From NCBI GenBank assembly GCA_014728035.1, contig WJMJ01000046.1, forward strand, positions 128,001-192,000: a stretch of DNA of 64,000 nt. Direction: 5' to 3'. The notes beneath the pieces are model-generated. The model made no database searches, was not told the DNA's origin, and was given only the letters and a program-made list of their open reading frames with translations. Source of the stretch: Promethearchaeota archaeon (GTDB lineage Archaea; Asgardarchaeota; Thorarchaeia; Thorarchaeales; Thorarchaeaceae). Position numbers and translations under genes: made by a program. Position 1 is the first letter of the stretch. Each line of letters starts with the position of its first letter. Shown in pieces: positions 41,171-51,169 of this stretch.

Positions 41171-41981
41171 CGGTGATTTCGCGCTTTATGAATTCCAAAG
41201 TTTCTAAAGTTCTAGTAAACCGAGAAGAATAATCGTTTAGCGTACGAAGTGCTTTTCGAATTGCATATTTACTGAGTGTGAAAATAAAGGGAACTACAGA
41301 TTCCACCAGAACTAGTGATTCCGGAGGAGAAGGTTGGATACCTCCAGGATAAATTTTATCCCCATCTAGCATTCGACTAATTGCATCACATCGTACATAA
41401 CCAGACCCGATATCTTTCAATACCGTAACAATTTTTCGAATCATTTTCCACAAAAAACTATTACCGACGAAATCAAAGGATAATGGGTTATCTCTTGAGG
41501 ATATACAGGCATTCAGCATAGTAATTGTGGTTGTACGTGGACCATCAGGTTTAGAGAGCAACCTAAAGTCATTTGTCCCAATTAACGACTGCAATTCCTT
41601 TTGAATGGAATCAAAATTAGAAAACGAATGATTTCGTATATAGTATCTGTAATGCCGATGTAAGACATCGTATCTTGGATGAAAGGTAGAAGGAATTTTT
41701 GACCGAGCCCAAATTACTATATCATCTGGGAGATATCTATTTATTTTGTCTATGTTCAAAGACGAATCGGAATCAATTCGAACAACTTGACCAATGCTAT
41801 GAACTCCACGGTCTGTTCTTCCAGCAAATTGCACAGAGGAATTGGTGAAAGGTAAACCACTCCAAGATTGCAATGCATCTACAAGATTTCCTGCAACTGT
41901 TCGGAAACCAGGTTGAATTTGAGACCCATGATACCTATTTCCAAGATAAAATAGTCGAATTAGATAGGAACTCATTGCCAA
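41148..41981 (-). CDS. truA: tRNA pseudouridine(38-40) synthase
   Basis: AGRTDRGVHS, RHYRY, FLWKMIRKIV. Confidence 0.92.
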   Translation of the reverse strand: MAMSSYLIRLFYLGNRYHGSQIQPGFRTVAGNLVDALQSWSGLPFTNSSVQFAGRTDRGVHSIGQVVRIDSDSSLNIDKINRYLPDDIVIWARSKIPSTFHPRYDVLHRHYRYYIRNHSFSNFDSIQKELQSLIGTNDFRLLSKPDGPRTTTITMLNACISSRDNPLSFDFVGNSFLWKMIRKIVTVLKDIGSGYVRCDAISRMLDGDKIYPGGIQPSPPESLVLVESVVPFIFTLSKYAIRKALRTLNDYSSRFTRTLETLEFIKREITAIQRQTF

Positions 41982-41987
41982 ATTGCC

Positions 41988-42278
41988 TCAAGACTTCCAA
42001 ATTTCAAGCAAGTTCTTAAGAGACCGAGCACGCATGTCTTCATTACGATATCTGTAAATTTTAATTCTTCCAAATATTTTTTCCTCGATTAAACCAGATT
42101 CGAGTAGGACTTCTAAATGTGATTTAGTGGTACTATGATTCAATCCAACTCTTCGACAAATCTCGGATATATTCAACTCTGTTTTATGTGCCAGTTCTTT
42201 AAGAATTTTAATTCTCCCTTTTGATGAAAGTAATTCTTCAATAGGAATACGTGATTCGAATTCGGATTCATCTTTAAT
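41988..42278 (-). CDS. Small ArsR-like winged-helix protein, probably with a non-ATG (ATT) start
   Basis: Frame is open 34 codons upstream of the track start (IEELLSSKGRIKILKELAHKTELNISEI...); GGAGG 8 nt before ATT at 42278. Confidence 0.75.
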   Translation of the reverse strand: MKDESEFESRIPIEELLSSKGRIKILKELAHKTELNISEICRRVGLNHSTTKSHLEVLLESGLIEEKIFGRIKIYRYRNEDMRARSLKNLLEIWKS

Positions 42279-43506
42279 GAGAATTGCCTCCTTCAGTTAG
42301 TAGGTCTTGAATGAATTGTTCCAGTTTGTCTGCGGGAATCTCAGAAAGTCCAATCAATGTTGTTTGCCCTCTTTGACCAGTACTGGATTTCTTTGTATCC
42401 AATATATCGTGAGCTGTTAAATCTTGAACCCATTCCCAAACTTGAGTATGTGCACGTGCTTCTGTTTTATATTCTTCACAAACAGGATGGTACTCATCCT
42501 CAACCTCACCCATTGTTACATAAGCTGCTCGTGCTTCTTTCAGCCGTCTAGCTGTAGCAAGAAGCAATAGCTTATGATGGAAAGGAAGAGTTGTAAAAAC
42601 TTCGTTGATTAGTTCCGGATGGGTATCAGCTTTTGCACGACGAACATAATCAGGAATTACAATGTTGTTTTGTTCATGATCTGCTTGTTTTCCTGCACGC
42701 CATAACAACTCTATTGCATATCTTGCATCACCACGTTCTGCAGCAATATCAGAAATAACATGCACTGTATCATCCAAAACAGTTTTTTTTTCAAACGCCA
42801 TTTCAATTCTATCATATAAAATATCCATTAATTCAGCGGCATTGTATTTCTCAAAACGTAAAATATTCCGTTGTAATGTACTTAACGTGCTAGAGTCAAA
42901 TAATTCATCACTAAGAGGAATGTTTCGTCCAATTCCAATCATTGAAACTCTTTGAGGTGCATTTAACCGATCATCCATTAGACGAGTTAAATCGTATATT
43001 ATATCCACACCTTTGTTCCTGATGAAATAATCCAACTCATCTAGCACAAGTATTAGAAAACGATCTTCCATATCAAGAACTTCAACTATTAATTGAAGTA
43101 TCTCTTCTGGAGAATGACCACGTCTTGGGAATTTTGGTCTAAACTCACGCAAAATCCTAAGAAAAACAAGATACGTACTCTTGTTAACTCTACAATTTAT
43201 GTGAATTTTATGAAGTCGAATATTTCTTCTATCCGCTGCTTGAATCAATTGCTCTGTGAATTTTTTTGTGACTGCAGTTTTGCCAGTTCCAACTGAACCT
43301 TCAATGATGAATTTTTGACTTGTTCTACCAGGTGAAGAAATAAGGCTCTTAAAAGATTGAGCTAAAATCCGCAATTCTTCATCCCGATGATGTAGCCTTT
43401 CAGGAACATAATCAATAGACAGGAAATGCTCTGATTTAAATACACTGTCCTTACCTAATTCATCCTCAACAAAGTCCCGAGTCATCACTCTCGTGAATAT
43501 TGGCAT
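42274..43506 (-). CDS. cdc6: Second Orc1/Cdc6 paralogue
   Basis: DYVPERLHHR, GSVGTGKT, LDELD, GDARYAIELL, GQRGQTT wing. Confidence 0.95.
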   Translation of the reverse strand: MPIFTRVMTRDFVEDELGKDSVFKSEHFLSIDYVPERLHHRDEELRILAQSFKSLISSPGRTSQKFIIEGSVGTGKTAVTKKFTEQLIQAADRRNIRLHKIHINCRVNKSTYLVFLRILREFRPKFPRRGHSPEEILQLIVEVLDMEDRFLILVLDELDYFIRNKGVDIIYDLTRLMDDRLNAPQRVSMIGIGRNIPLSDELFDSSTLSTLQRNILRFEKYNAAELMDILYDRIEMAFEKKTVLDDTVHVISDIAAERGDARYAIELLWRAGKQADHEQNNIVIPDYVRRAKADTHPELINEVFTTLPFHHKLLLLATARRLKEARAAYVTMGEVEDEYHPVCEEYKTEARAHTQVWEWVQDLTAHDILDTKKSSTGQRGQTTLIGLSEIPADKLEQFIQDLLTEGGNSH

Positions 43507-43695
43507 ACTTTTAACTTAAAAGGATTATGTGGTTGTTCATTTAAACAGATATTCGGAGAGGGGGTGCCCGAAAGTATTGTTGGCGAGCTCCTTACTCAAG
43601 ATCTCTATCATCATCATAAAGATTCAAAGGGGTCATATCAGTCATCGCTCGCCAAGTAATAAGAGAAGATTTTGTCCTTAAGTATACCTAAAAGA

Positions 43696-43798
43696 TGCGA
43701 GCGCCGGGATTCGAATTCCCGCGATTTCACAAAGTGCAAAATCGTCCCGGGTCAAAAGCTTGGGAAGCTTCCGTCCTAACCAACTAGACTACGCTCGC
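43696..43798 (-). tRNA. tRNA-Gly(CCC) with a 30-nt intron at 53/54 (43716-43745); CCA not encoded
   Basis: GCGAGCG/CGCTCGC-A; GAAGC-TTCCCAA-GCTTT; CCGGG|TTCGAAT-CCCGG; BHB central helix CCCG/CGGG. Confidence 0.93.
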
Positions 43799-43897
43799 TC
43801 AACGAATTCTGAAAATTTTATCAAGATAAGATTATCGGATAGAGATATTAAATGACTGCATCTTAATGCTTATCTTCACATTTTAGAATCAAAATTT

Positions 43898-45037
43898 GTG
43901 TGGCAGATCATGGCTCAAAATTCAGTCGATATCAACTTCTGGCAAGGAAATCAAGCATGTGCAGAAGCAGCACTAAAAGCAGGATGTGAATTTTTCGCAG
44001 GATATCCTATCACACCAGCTTCGGAAATCGCAGAAATTATGGCAGAGAAATTGCCAACTGATGTTGGGACCTACATCCAAATGGAAGATGAAATAGGAGC
44101 AATTTCTGCAGTTATTGGAGCTTCATGGGGAGGTAAATTGTCAATGACTGCAACATCTGGACCTGGTTTTAGTCTTATGCAAGAAAATATTGGTTATGCA
44201 ATTATGACTGAAACACCTTGTGTCATTGTAAACGTGCAAAGAGCTGGGCCAAGTACCGGACAAGCAACAAAAGCAGCTCAAGGAGATATAATGCAAACAA
44301 GATGGGGTACTCATGGAGACCATAGTAGCATTGTCCTTGCCCCAAATTCGGCACAAGAAACCTTTGAGTTAACAATCCGTGCTTTTGAAATATCAGAAAG
44401 ATTACGGCATCCAGTTATTTTGTTATCAGATGAAATAGTAGCTCATACTCGTGAGAAGGTAATTACTTGCAAATCAGACAAGTATAAGGTAAAACGTAAA
44501 TATACTCGAAAAGGAGACAATCCATACTCCACTGTTGAAAACGGACATATTCTAATGCCAAAATTTGGAGAGGACCAAAATCTACTGATTACTGGTTCAA
44601 CTCATGATGATTTTGGTTTCAGAAAAACGTCAGATCCAAATGCACATGATTCTTTGGTCAGAAGAATTGTTAGAAAAGTTGATGCATCATCAGAATACCT
44701 CACTGATTTTGTAACGAATGGCCCTGAAGAAGCAGAATGGGGGATTATTTCTTTCGGTTGTACATCACGATCTGTTGAAGAAGTTATGATACAAGATGAC
44801 ACTAACTCGATCAAATCTTTAAGATTGAGAACCATTTGGCCATTCCCAGATGTGACAATTAGAGAATTCTCAGACTCTGTTGAAAGAATCTTAGTTCCTG
44901 AGCTAAATCTTGGGCAATTATCGCTTGAAGTATCTCGTGTTGTGTCTAAATCAAAAGATGTTGTGCAATTCAATAAAATTGGAGGTGGACTAATGATTGA
45001 GCCAGAAGAGATATTAAAAACATTAGAATCTTCTTGA
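43898..45037 (+). CDS. 2-oxoacid:ferredoxin oxidoreductase alpha subunit
   Basis: AGYPITPASE, QMEDE, ATSGPG, QRAGPSTG, ELNLGQ. Confidence 0.93.
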   Translation: MWQIMAQNSVDINFWQGNQACAEAALKAGCEFFAGYPITPASEIAEIMAEKLPTDVGTYIQMEDEIGAISAVIGASWGGKLSMTATSGPGFSLMQENIGYAIMTETPCVIVNVQRAGPSTGQATKAAQGDIMQTRWGTHGDHSSIVLAPNSAQETFELTIRAFEISERLRHPVILLSDEIVAHTREKVITCKSDKYKVKRKYTRKGDNPYSTVENGHILMPKFGEDQNLLITGSTHDDFGFRKTSDPNAHDSLVRRIVRKVDASSEYLTDFVTNGPEEAEWGIISFGCTSRSVEEVMIQDDTNSIKSLRLRTIWPFPDVTIREFSDSVERILVPELNLGQLSLEVSRVVSKSKDVVQFNKIGGGLMIEPEEILKTLESS

Positions 45038-47310
45038 TCAATCAACGTATAATTGGCATCATTATCAGAAGATTCTACTTTCAGAATCATTTGTGTTTTC
45101 ATCCAAATAGTCAAATCACATGTATAATTTACAGAATAGTAGTTAGTCTTGTTAAAGATAAAAGTGATAGTGTGGATGCCAGGATATATAATAGAGGGAA
45201 GGTCAATTCCTTCCAAAGATGAAATAGAAATATTGTGTGCTGCATAAATCGATGATTCGAAATCATCAATGTAGATTAGAACAGATGTATAAGATATCTC
45301 AACATCAAGATCATCAAAAAGAAGGCATGATAAATTTAGCATTTCACTATAAAATGCTGTAGAAACCTCAACAGAAGCATTCAATTTTCCAAATATATAG
45401 TATTCGATAGTAAAGTCATTATAAAACACATAGGATTGATTTACAGGAGATATAGTAATAGTATGTAGCCCAATAGGCGTGTCCTGCGATGAGGGTATAT
45501 AGAGTAGAGTTGTTGTGTTAAAGGGAATTGTTGTGAACATACTGATTGCCGAGTCTTCATCAATCAATGAGAAATTGATACTGTTATAGTTCCAGAAAGA
45601 TGAATGTACAGAAAATAAAAGAGTCCAGTTACTACTCCTTTCAATAGTATATACAGAACTTGATACATTCAAGTAAATTGGACATCTCAAAAAAAATTGT
45701 AATTCTTTAGTTGTATTCATTTGAAATAGTATTGAATTACCTCGAACAAGGAGAAAGTAACATATTTCAGTACTCGAAATTTCTGGAATGCGCCACCTAA
45801 GAGATACATACCCATTAAAAGAAATATTTTGAGTAATACATGTTTCTGATGAATCCAGAAGCAATATATCAAGATTTGATAATTTTATACCATTGGGGTC
45901 AAAAATAGCTACTTCAAGTTCCATAAATTCACCTATAACTGCAAAAGGAGTGGAATTGACATCAATATCTAACATATAACTAATATTGACTGGAGTTATA
46001 AAATCCAAACTACGATAATATTGAGATTCATTTATCTGTATCTGAAGTTCTCCTAGTCCCCAGTTATTTGGTGGAAGCGAAAATTCTATTGAAAAATAAC
46101 CAGATGAATTACTGCTTGATATGCTTTCACAAATGAGTTCTGAGTTTAGAAATAGACTTGCTTTTGCTGGAATATCTGAGATTCCATAACCTGCGATATA
46201 ATCAGATATCAAATAAGCTATTTTGTATGTTCGATTACATATTGCATCATTAAGTGGACTGTAAAATCCGTCAATAAGACGGGGATGAACAGTGACATTT
46301 GTGAAGACACTGGCCGCTTGATATGCTGAATTCTCTGCAGATATATTCAATTCATAAGATCCAGAAGTAACATTGAATGGGATAGCTGCAAAATAAGATC
46401 CATTACCAATTGAAGTGAGATAACCGATAGAGAATGAGGTATGCCAAGTTATGATACTGTCAGATAGACTCACGCCACCATAACCAACATGTTCAATCAC
46501 AACATCAACCAGGTCGTAAAACAGTCCATCTGGAGAAACCCCCATTATTTCTGTAGTACAATTAGTGATTATGAGAGAGGATTTAGGGGGTAATATCTCT
46601 AAAGTGTAATTCTTTTCATAAGGTTCAAAACAAGCAGTGCCTTCGAATAACAGATTGAGGATATATTGACCGGATGACGCGTCACTGCCCCAAGTGTTAC
46701 TTACAAATCCACTTGAATTTGTTCTGCTGAGATTTTCAAAAACGGTTGTAGATTCCGCATTATAAATTCGTAAGCTTAGGTTTTCATTTGATAGAGGTAT
46801 TGAATCATTTTCAAAGGAGTACATCCGAAAGTCAAGGGTACTATTTTCTCCATAGTTTACTGAATCAGATGAACAAAACTCCGATTCCACTTTACCTTTA
46901 GAAACATTGACACTAATTGTATCAGTGCCACCCTTAGAATAGGTATCATAAACTTCAGTAGTGAAAATAATTAACAAAGTTTCACCGTCAACACCAGGTT
47001 CAACTAGATCTGGTAATAAAGAGCATCTTGAGATAAACGTTCGTTGGTTAGGAGATGACTCGATGAAATAGGTATCATCATGAATAACAGTGCCATTGAG
47101 TACTTTCACAATAAAAGATACATAGCACCATCCAGTTTCACTAAAATCTGCTAACAAATCTGCAGTCATAGTGATGGATTCTCCTACAGAATATGCCATC
47201 TTGTCGGTTTCAAAACTAATGAACTCAAAAGACAGGGCCTGTACTGGAGAAACTAAACAGAAACATATTGATATAGACAAGATTATTGCAGCAAAGTAAT
47301 GAGGTTTCAC
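44602..47310 (-). CDS. Large secreted beta-rich (Ig-like repeat) surface protein
   Basis: Signal peptide (…VSPVQA), Ser/Thr/Asn-rich repeats such as TNSSG; last ~145 codons overlap the oxidoreductase gene antisense. Confidence 0.75.
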   Translation of the reverse strand: MKPHYFAAIILSISICFCLVSPVQALSFEFISFETDKMAYSVGESITMTADLLADFSETGWCYVSFIVKVLNGTVIHDDTYFIESSPNQRTFISRCSLLPDLVEPGVDGETLLIIFTTEVYDTYSKGGTDTISVNVSKGKVESEFCSSDSVNYGENSTLDFRMYSFENDSIPLSNENLSLRIYNAESTTVFENLSRTNSSGFVSNTWGSDASSGQYILNLLFEGTACFEPYEKNYTLEILPPKSSLIITNCTTEIMGVSPDGLFYDLVDVVIEHVGYGGVSLSDSIITWHTSFSIGYLTSIGNGSYFAAIPFNVTSGSYELNISAENSAYQAASVFTNVTVHPRLIDGFYSPLNDAICNRTYKIAYLISDYIAGYGISDIPAKASLFLNSELICESISSSNSSGYFSIEFSLPPNNWGLGELQIQINESQYYRSLDFITPVNISYMLDIDVNSTPFAVIGEFMELEVAIFDPNGIKLSNLDILLLDSSETCITQNISFNGYVSLRWRIPEISSTEICYFLLVRGNSILFQMNTTKELQFFLRCPIYLNVSSSVYTIERSSNWTLLFSVHSSFWNYNSINFSLIDEDSAISMFTTIPFNTTTLLYIPSSQDTPIGLHTITISPVNQSYVFYNDFTIEYYIFGKLNASVEVSTAFYSEMLNLSCLLFDDLDVEISYTSVLIYIDDFESSIYAAHNISISSLEGIDLPSIIYPGIHTITFIFNKTNYYSVNYTCDLTIWMKTQMILKVESSDNDANYTLIDQEDSNVFNISSGSIISPPPILLNCTTSFDLDTTRDTSSDNCPRFSSGTKILSTESENSLIVTSGNGQMVLNLKDLIELVSSCIITSSTDRDVQPKEIIPHSASSGPFVTKSVRYSDDASTFLTILLTKESCAFGSDVFLKPKSS

Positions 47311-47415
47311 CTAATCACCTAAGGGTAGTCTAAATCGGCCCTAAAAAACAGCACGTGAATGAAACGACAAGTTTTTCTACGGTATGCAAACTTTGAAAAT
47401 GGAGCGTCTTTGAAG

Positions 47416-47781
47416 ATGGCAATAAGATTGAATAGTTCAATAGTTGAAACAATAGAAGATACCGAAACTAAGAAACTGAAACTGATTAAAATAAGAGATA
47501 AAGAAGTAGACGCATCCATTGAACTTGAACTTCCAAAGGCATTATCAGATACATTTCAGATAAAGGAGGAAGTTAGTGTTGTTATTGATAGTGAAGAGAT
47601 TCCAAAAGGAGAAAGTGCAAGATTATACGGAGAGGGCACGATTTTCAAAATGAAACACGAAGAGCCATTTGAGGTTGTTGCAACATTAGGGGGACTACGA
47701 CTTATCATTGAAATTACTAAACCAAAAAAATCGCAAACCAAAGCCTTCGAAAAACATAACTTCTTCATTGCAATAAAATGA
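47416..47781 (+). CDS. RNA polymerase subunit Rpo8 (RpoG/Rpb8-like)
   Basis: OB-fold pattern IELELP...F...E.V.V.I, GEGTIFK, TLGGLRL, FFIAI. Confidence 0.65.
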   Translation: MAIRLNSSIVETIEDTETKKLKLIKIRDKEVDASIELELPKALSDTFQIKEEVSVVIDSEEIPKGESARLYGEGTIFKMKHEEPFEVVATLGGLRLIIEITKPKKSQTKAFEKHNFFIAIK

Positions 47782-47933
47782 ACTAAGCGAATACTTTCGG
47801 TCATCCCTTTCCGTCGGGGCCGTCAGAGTTCATTCAAAGGCCTCGATTATTCACTCTATCGGATAATATGACCTCTGTAACGTACAAACATACACTGAAA
47901 GTCAGATAGGATATAATTACGGATTCTATCTGG

Positions 47934-48977
47934 GTGTGGTCTTTGTTTGAAGGAACATGCAGATCAATAAGAAATCAACCAGTAAGATGTCCAGATTGTT
48001 CTGGACAGATAGTAAGTAGCCATGGACATAAGGTGTGTTCAGAATGCGGTCTTGTTATGTCACGAGACTATGTGGACCCTACATTTCAGATGGGTGAAAA
48101 AGTAAAAGAAGGGGATCCAACAGCTTCAGTATATGGGTCTCTTGGAAAACGACTACATATTGTTGATGGGTTAGGTAGTTACATCGACTTTCATAAAACA
48201 AGATATTTTCGAGATGCTCAAGGACGAATTCTGAGAAGCAGGAGACAGAAACAGTTCAAACGACTCAAAACAGTATATAGTACACGAATAAGAATTGGCC
48301 AAGATGAAGCAAAATATAGAGCATTACGTACACTAAATCATGTATCAAAATTACTAATGATACATGAACAAGTACGTGACCGAACCGCATACATATATCA
48401 AAAAATCTTGGACGATGCTAAAGATAAGATTTCGAATAACATCCTGCTTATTGCTGTCTGCCTGTTAATGGCAGTGAGAGAGTTTAAGGATAGTGCTCCT
48501 ATAACACTTGAGGAAATAGCTGAAGTTTTCGAAAGATGTGGACATCGAGTTAGTGTTAGATCGATTGTAAGAGAAGCTCTGAGATTAAGAACAATTACTG
48601 GATACTCACCAGAAATTAGAAAACCCGAGGATTATGTGCCAAGAGTAATTTCGATGTTAGTAAACAATTCACAAGTCATTAAGAAGATTGAATCAAGAGG
48701 ATGGCAGATTATACAGTATGAAAACGTGTTGAGGAATAAAATGAACGAAATAATTGAGATGGTTCCTGCTTCAAAAAGAGGCGGTCGAAATCCGTTTATT
48801 TTTGCAGTTTCTTCAGCATATGCAGGCGACCGTATAATATCTGAAGAGTATGGAAAACGATCTGTTCTAACACAGAAATTGACTGCAAAAGCAACAGAGG
48901 TTGCAGAATACAGCATAAGAGATCATTATGGCATGATGAAGAAAATAATTGAACCACTTATGAAGGCAACACAATGA
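47934..48977 (+). CDS. Divergent transcription factor B (TFB/TFIIB) paralogue
   Basis: CPDC...CSECG Zn ribbon, two cyclin-like repeats, GRNP, TQ...A...EYSIRDHY. Confidence 0.85.
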   Translation: MWSLFEGTCRSIRNQPVRCPDCSGQIVSSHGHKVCSECGLVMSRDYVDPTFQMGEKVKEGDPTASVYGSLGKRLHIVDGLGSYIDFHKTRYFRDAQGRILRSRRQKQFKRLKTVYSTRIRIGQDEAKYRALRTLNHVSKLLMIHEQVRDRTAYIYQKILDDAKDKISNNILLIAVCLLMAVREFKDSAPITLEEIAEVFERCGHRVSVRSIVREALRLRTITGYSPEIRKPEDYVPRVISMLVNNSQVIKKIESRGWQIIQYENVLRNKMNEIIEMVPASKRGGRNPFIFAVSSAYAGDRIISEEYGKRSVLTQKLTAKATEVAEYSIRDHYGMMKKIIEPLMKATQ

Positions 48978-49138
48978 GTTAAGCTCATTTATCATAAATT
49001 GTGCCATTTCATGAAATAGGAGATTATATGCAAAAAAACATAACAAGGTGCGAAAAGAGCTCTAAAAATACAAACGCATTAAATGGTCAACTGGTCATTG
49101 GATGGCGAAGCTTGTTTTTCACCAAGAGGAGAGTATGA

Positions 49139-50791
49139 ATGGCAAAAAGAAACAATCAATTTCTAAAGATTATATGTCATCCTGAGCGCTGCCATAGTTG
49201 CGAAAATGCTGAAGACCAAATTTGTGCAAAGCAAAGATATGCTGAGAAATCATCAAAGCTCGTAATAATCGAAGCAACCAGAGGCATAATTCATTTCATT
49301 GACTCGAAAAAGAAGATTCCAAATGATTTGCCTTGGAAATCTTCTGGTTGGATAACAGTATTCATTGGTAAAGATTATGCAAATAGTTTGTCTAATGATC
49401 AAATTATTGACTTGTATGTAATTGAGCCCTATGTGGTAATATTTACTCAGAAGGAACAAAAAAAATACTTCAAAGCATATCCATTTCTACAAACTACATT
49501 AGAACGAGCTTTATTCGAAGAGTTATCCAGCCGGATCGAAATGCAAACTTGTAAATTAATAGAAAGAACCACATTAGATAATAAAATAAAGCAGATAAAA
49601 AACAAAGTATTAACTGAGATATCAGAATATGTTCCAGAAATGACCAGTGATGTAAGAAACCGTATTGCTCTACTGATCGCCCATAAATCAACTGTTTTAG
49701 AAAAAATGATACCAATCATTTTAGATGAGAAAGTTGAAGAAATATTCCTAGATCAACCAGATTCAAACATCTATTTCGACCATGGGGAATGGGGGAGATG
49801 CGAATCATTCATTTCCGTAAATAAAAGTGATGCCAAACGAATTGTTACAATGATACGAGCTATTAGTAACTATCATTTGGATAGAACAAATCCATCGCTC
49901 AAGTCAGATATTCATTTCTTGGGAACCAATTTGCGCTTCTCGGTAGCGCTGCCGCCGCTTAGTTCTCGTGGTCTAAACCTGGAAATTCGTCGAGCAAGGA
50001 AGATTCCATTTTCAGTAAAAGACCTTATTCTAAATGGAACATTGACAAAAGAAGCAGCGATCGTTCTAATAATAGCAATGAATCTAAGATATAATATCAC
50101 AATAACAGGCGCACCTGGTTCAGGAAAAACTACACTTATGAATGCACTGGATATGACAACACCCGATATTTGGAGAAAAGTCTACATTGAAGATGCAATA
50201 GAAAGCAGGACAATTGAGGGGCACCATCAAATAAGAATTAGAGTGGATCCATTTGATGAAAGAAGTGGAATTTTGGATAAAGAGTCAGAAATAGTGAAAA
50301 CCCTGCATAGATCTCCAGACTACTTAATCCTAGGAGAAATACAAACTGCAGAACACACCAAAGCTCTATTTCACGCGATGGCAGCTGGTCTTAGAAGTAT
50401 CCAAACAACACATAGCAGATCAGCATCCAATCTAATTACAAGATGGAAAAACAATCATGGAGTGAATTTGTCGAATCTTGCACTTATGGACCTAATTGTA
50501 ACTATGGATCGCCCGAATCCAGGAAAATCTTTTCGATTTGTTTCGGAAATCGTAGAAGTGAAGAGGAAAATTAATTCCCAAGGAATTTTGGTATTTGCAG
50601 GGCTAAATACAATATATGATAACGAAAGAGGAATTATTGAACTGGCAAATGAGGAATCATATTTTGAACAAATAATGAAATTAAAATCAATCGAGGAAAT
50701 TCACAAAATTTTAGAAATATGCCAGATAAATGAAGATAATTCATACCTATTTAGATTTCTCTCATCACAAATTGACAGACATCAGCAGTAA
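49139..50791 (+). CDS. Type II/IV secretion / pilus assembly ATPase (CpaF/VirB11 family)
   Basis: GAPGSGKTT, Asp box IEDAIE, PDYLILGE, His box TTHS; Cys-rich N-terminus. Confidence 0.9.
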   Translation: MAKRNNQFLKIICHPERCHSCENAEDQICAKQRYAEKSSKLVIIEATRGIIHFIDSKKKIPNDLPWKSSGWITVFIGKDYANSLSNDQIIDLYVIEPYVVIFTQKEQKKYFKAYPFLQTTLERALFEELSSRIEMQTCKLIERTTLDNKIKQIKNKVLTEISEYVPEMTSDVRNRIALLIAHKSTVLEKMIPIILDEKVEEIFLDQPDSNIYFDHGEWGRCESFISVNKSDAKRIVTMIRAISNYHLDRTNPSLKSDIHFLGTNLRFSVALPPLSSRGLNLEIRRARKIPFSVKDLILNGTLTKEAAIVLIIAMNLRYNITITGAPGSGKTTLMNALDMTTPDIWRKVYIEDAIESRTIEGHHQIRIRVDPFDERSGILDKESEIVKTLHRSPDYLILGEIQTAEHTKALFHAMAAGLRSIQTTHSRSASNLITRWKNNHGVNLSNLALMDLIVTMDRPNPGKSFRFVSEIVEVKRKINSQGILVFAGLNTIYDNERGIIELANEESYFEQIMKLKSIEEIHKILEICQINEDNSYLFRFLSSQIDRHQQ

Positions 50792-50858
50792 CTCGCTTCA
50801 GTTTTTTTACGGGTTTAAATGTTCAGAGAAAAACACACATGTATCAGAGGGATAAACC

Positions 50859-51059
50859 ATGACAAAAGAAATTATTAAAGATGAAATGGGTGGTCCACTT
50901 GTTGAGGAAAGTCTTCTTCTAGGTTTAGCAGTTGTAACAATTTCTATCGTAATAGCGGTAATATTACAGGCAACTGGTTGGGCACAAGAAGTTATTACAG
51001 GATTAGTGGATATGCTCGAAAATAGCTGGAATAACCTGAATCAGCTTTTTGTGCCATAA
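50859..51059 (+). CDS. Flp-like type IV pilin (class III signal peptide)
   Basis: KDEMG|GPLVEE followed by a hydrophobic helix; Glu at +5; 66 aa; directly after the ATPase. Confidence 0.75.
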   Translation: MTKEIIKDEMGGPLVEESLLLGLAVVTISIVIAVILQATGWAQEVITGLVDMLENSWNNLNQLFVP

Positions 51060-51169
51060 AGATAATGAGCAATCGTTATAGTAATCTACAGCTATATCGT
51101 TGTTAAAAACCGCCCGAAACCCTTATTTGGAAATAGACTGGTTCTGAACCGCTCCGGACTGGTGCATCT

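Noticed and set aside
43507-43695. Replication origin next to the second cdc6
   Set aside because: G-strings are present but no ORB dyad
47790-47860. GC-rich intergenic stretch as a hammerhead ribozyme or SECIS element
   Set aside because: Core motifs incomplete (CTGACGG, not CTGANGA) and no associated in-frame TGA selenoprotein seen
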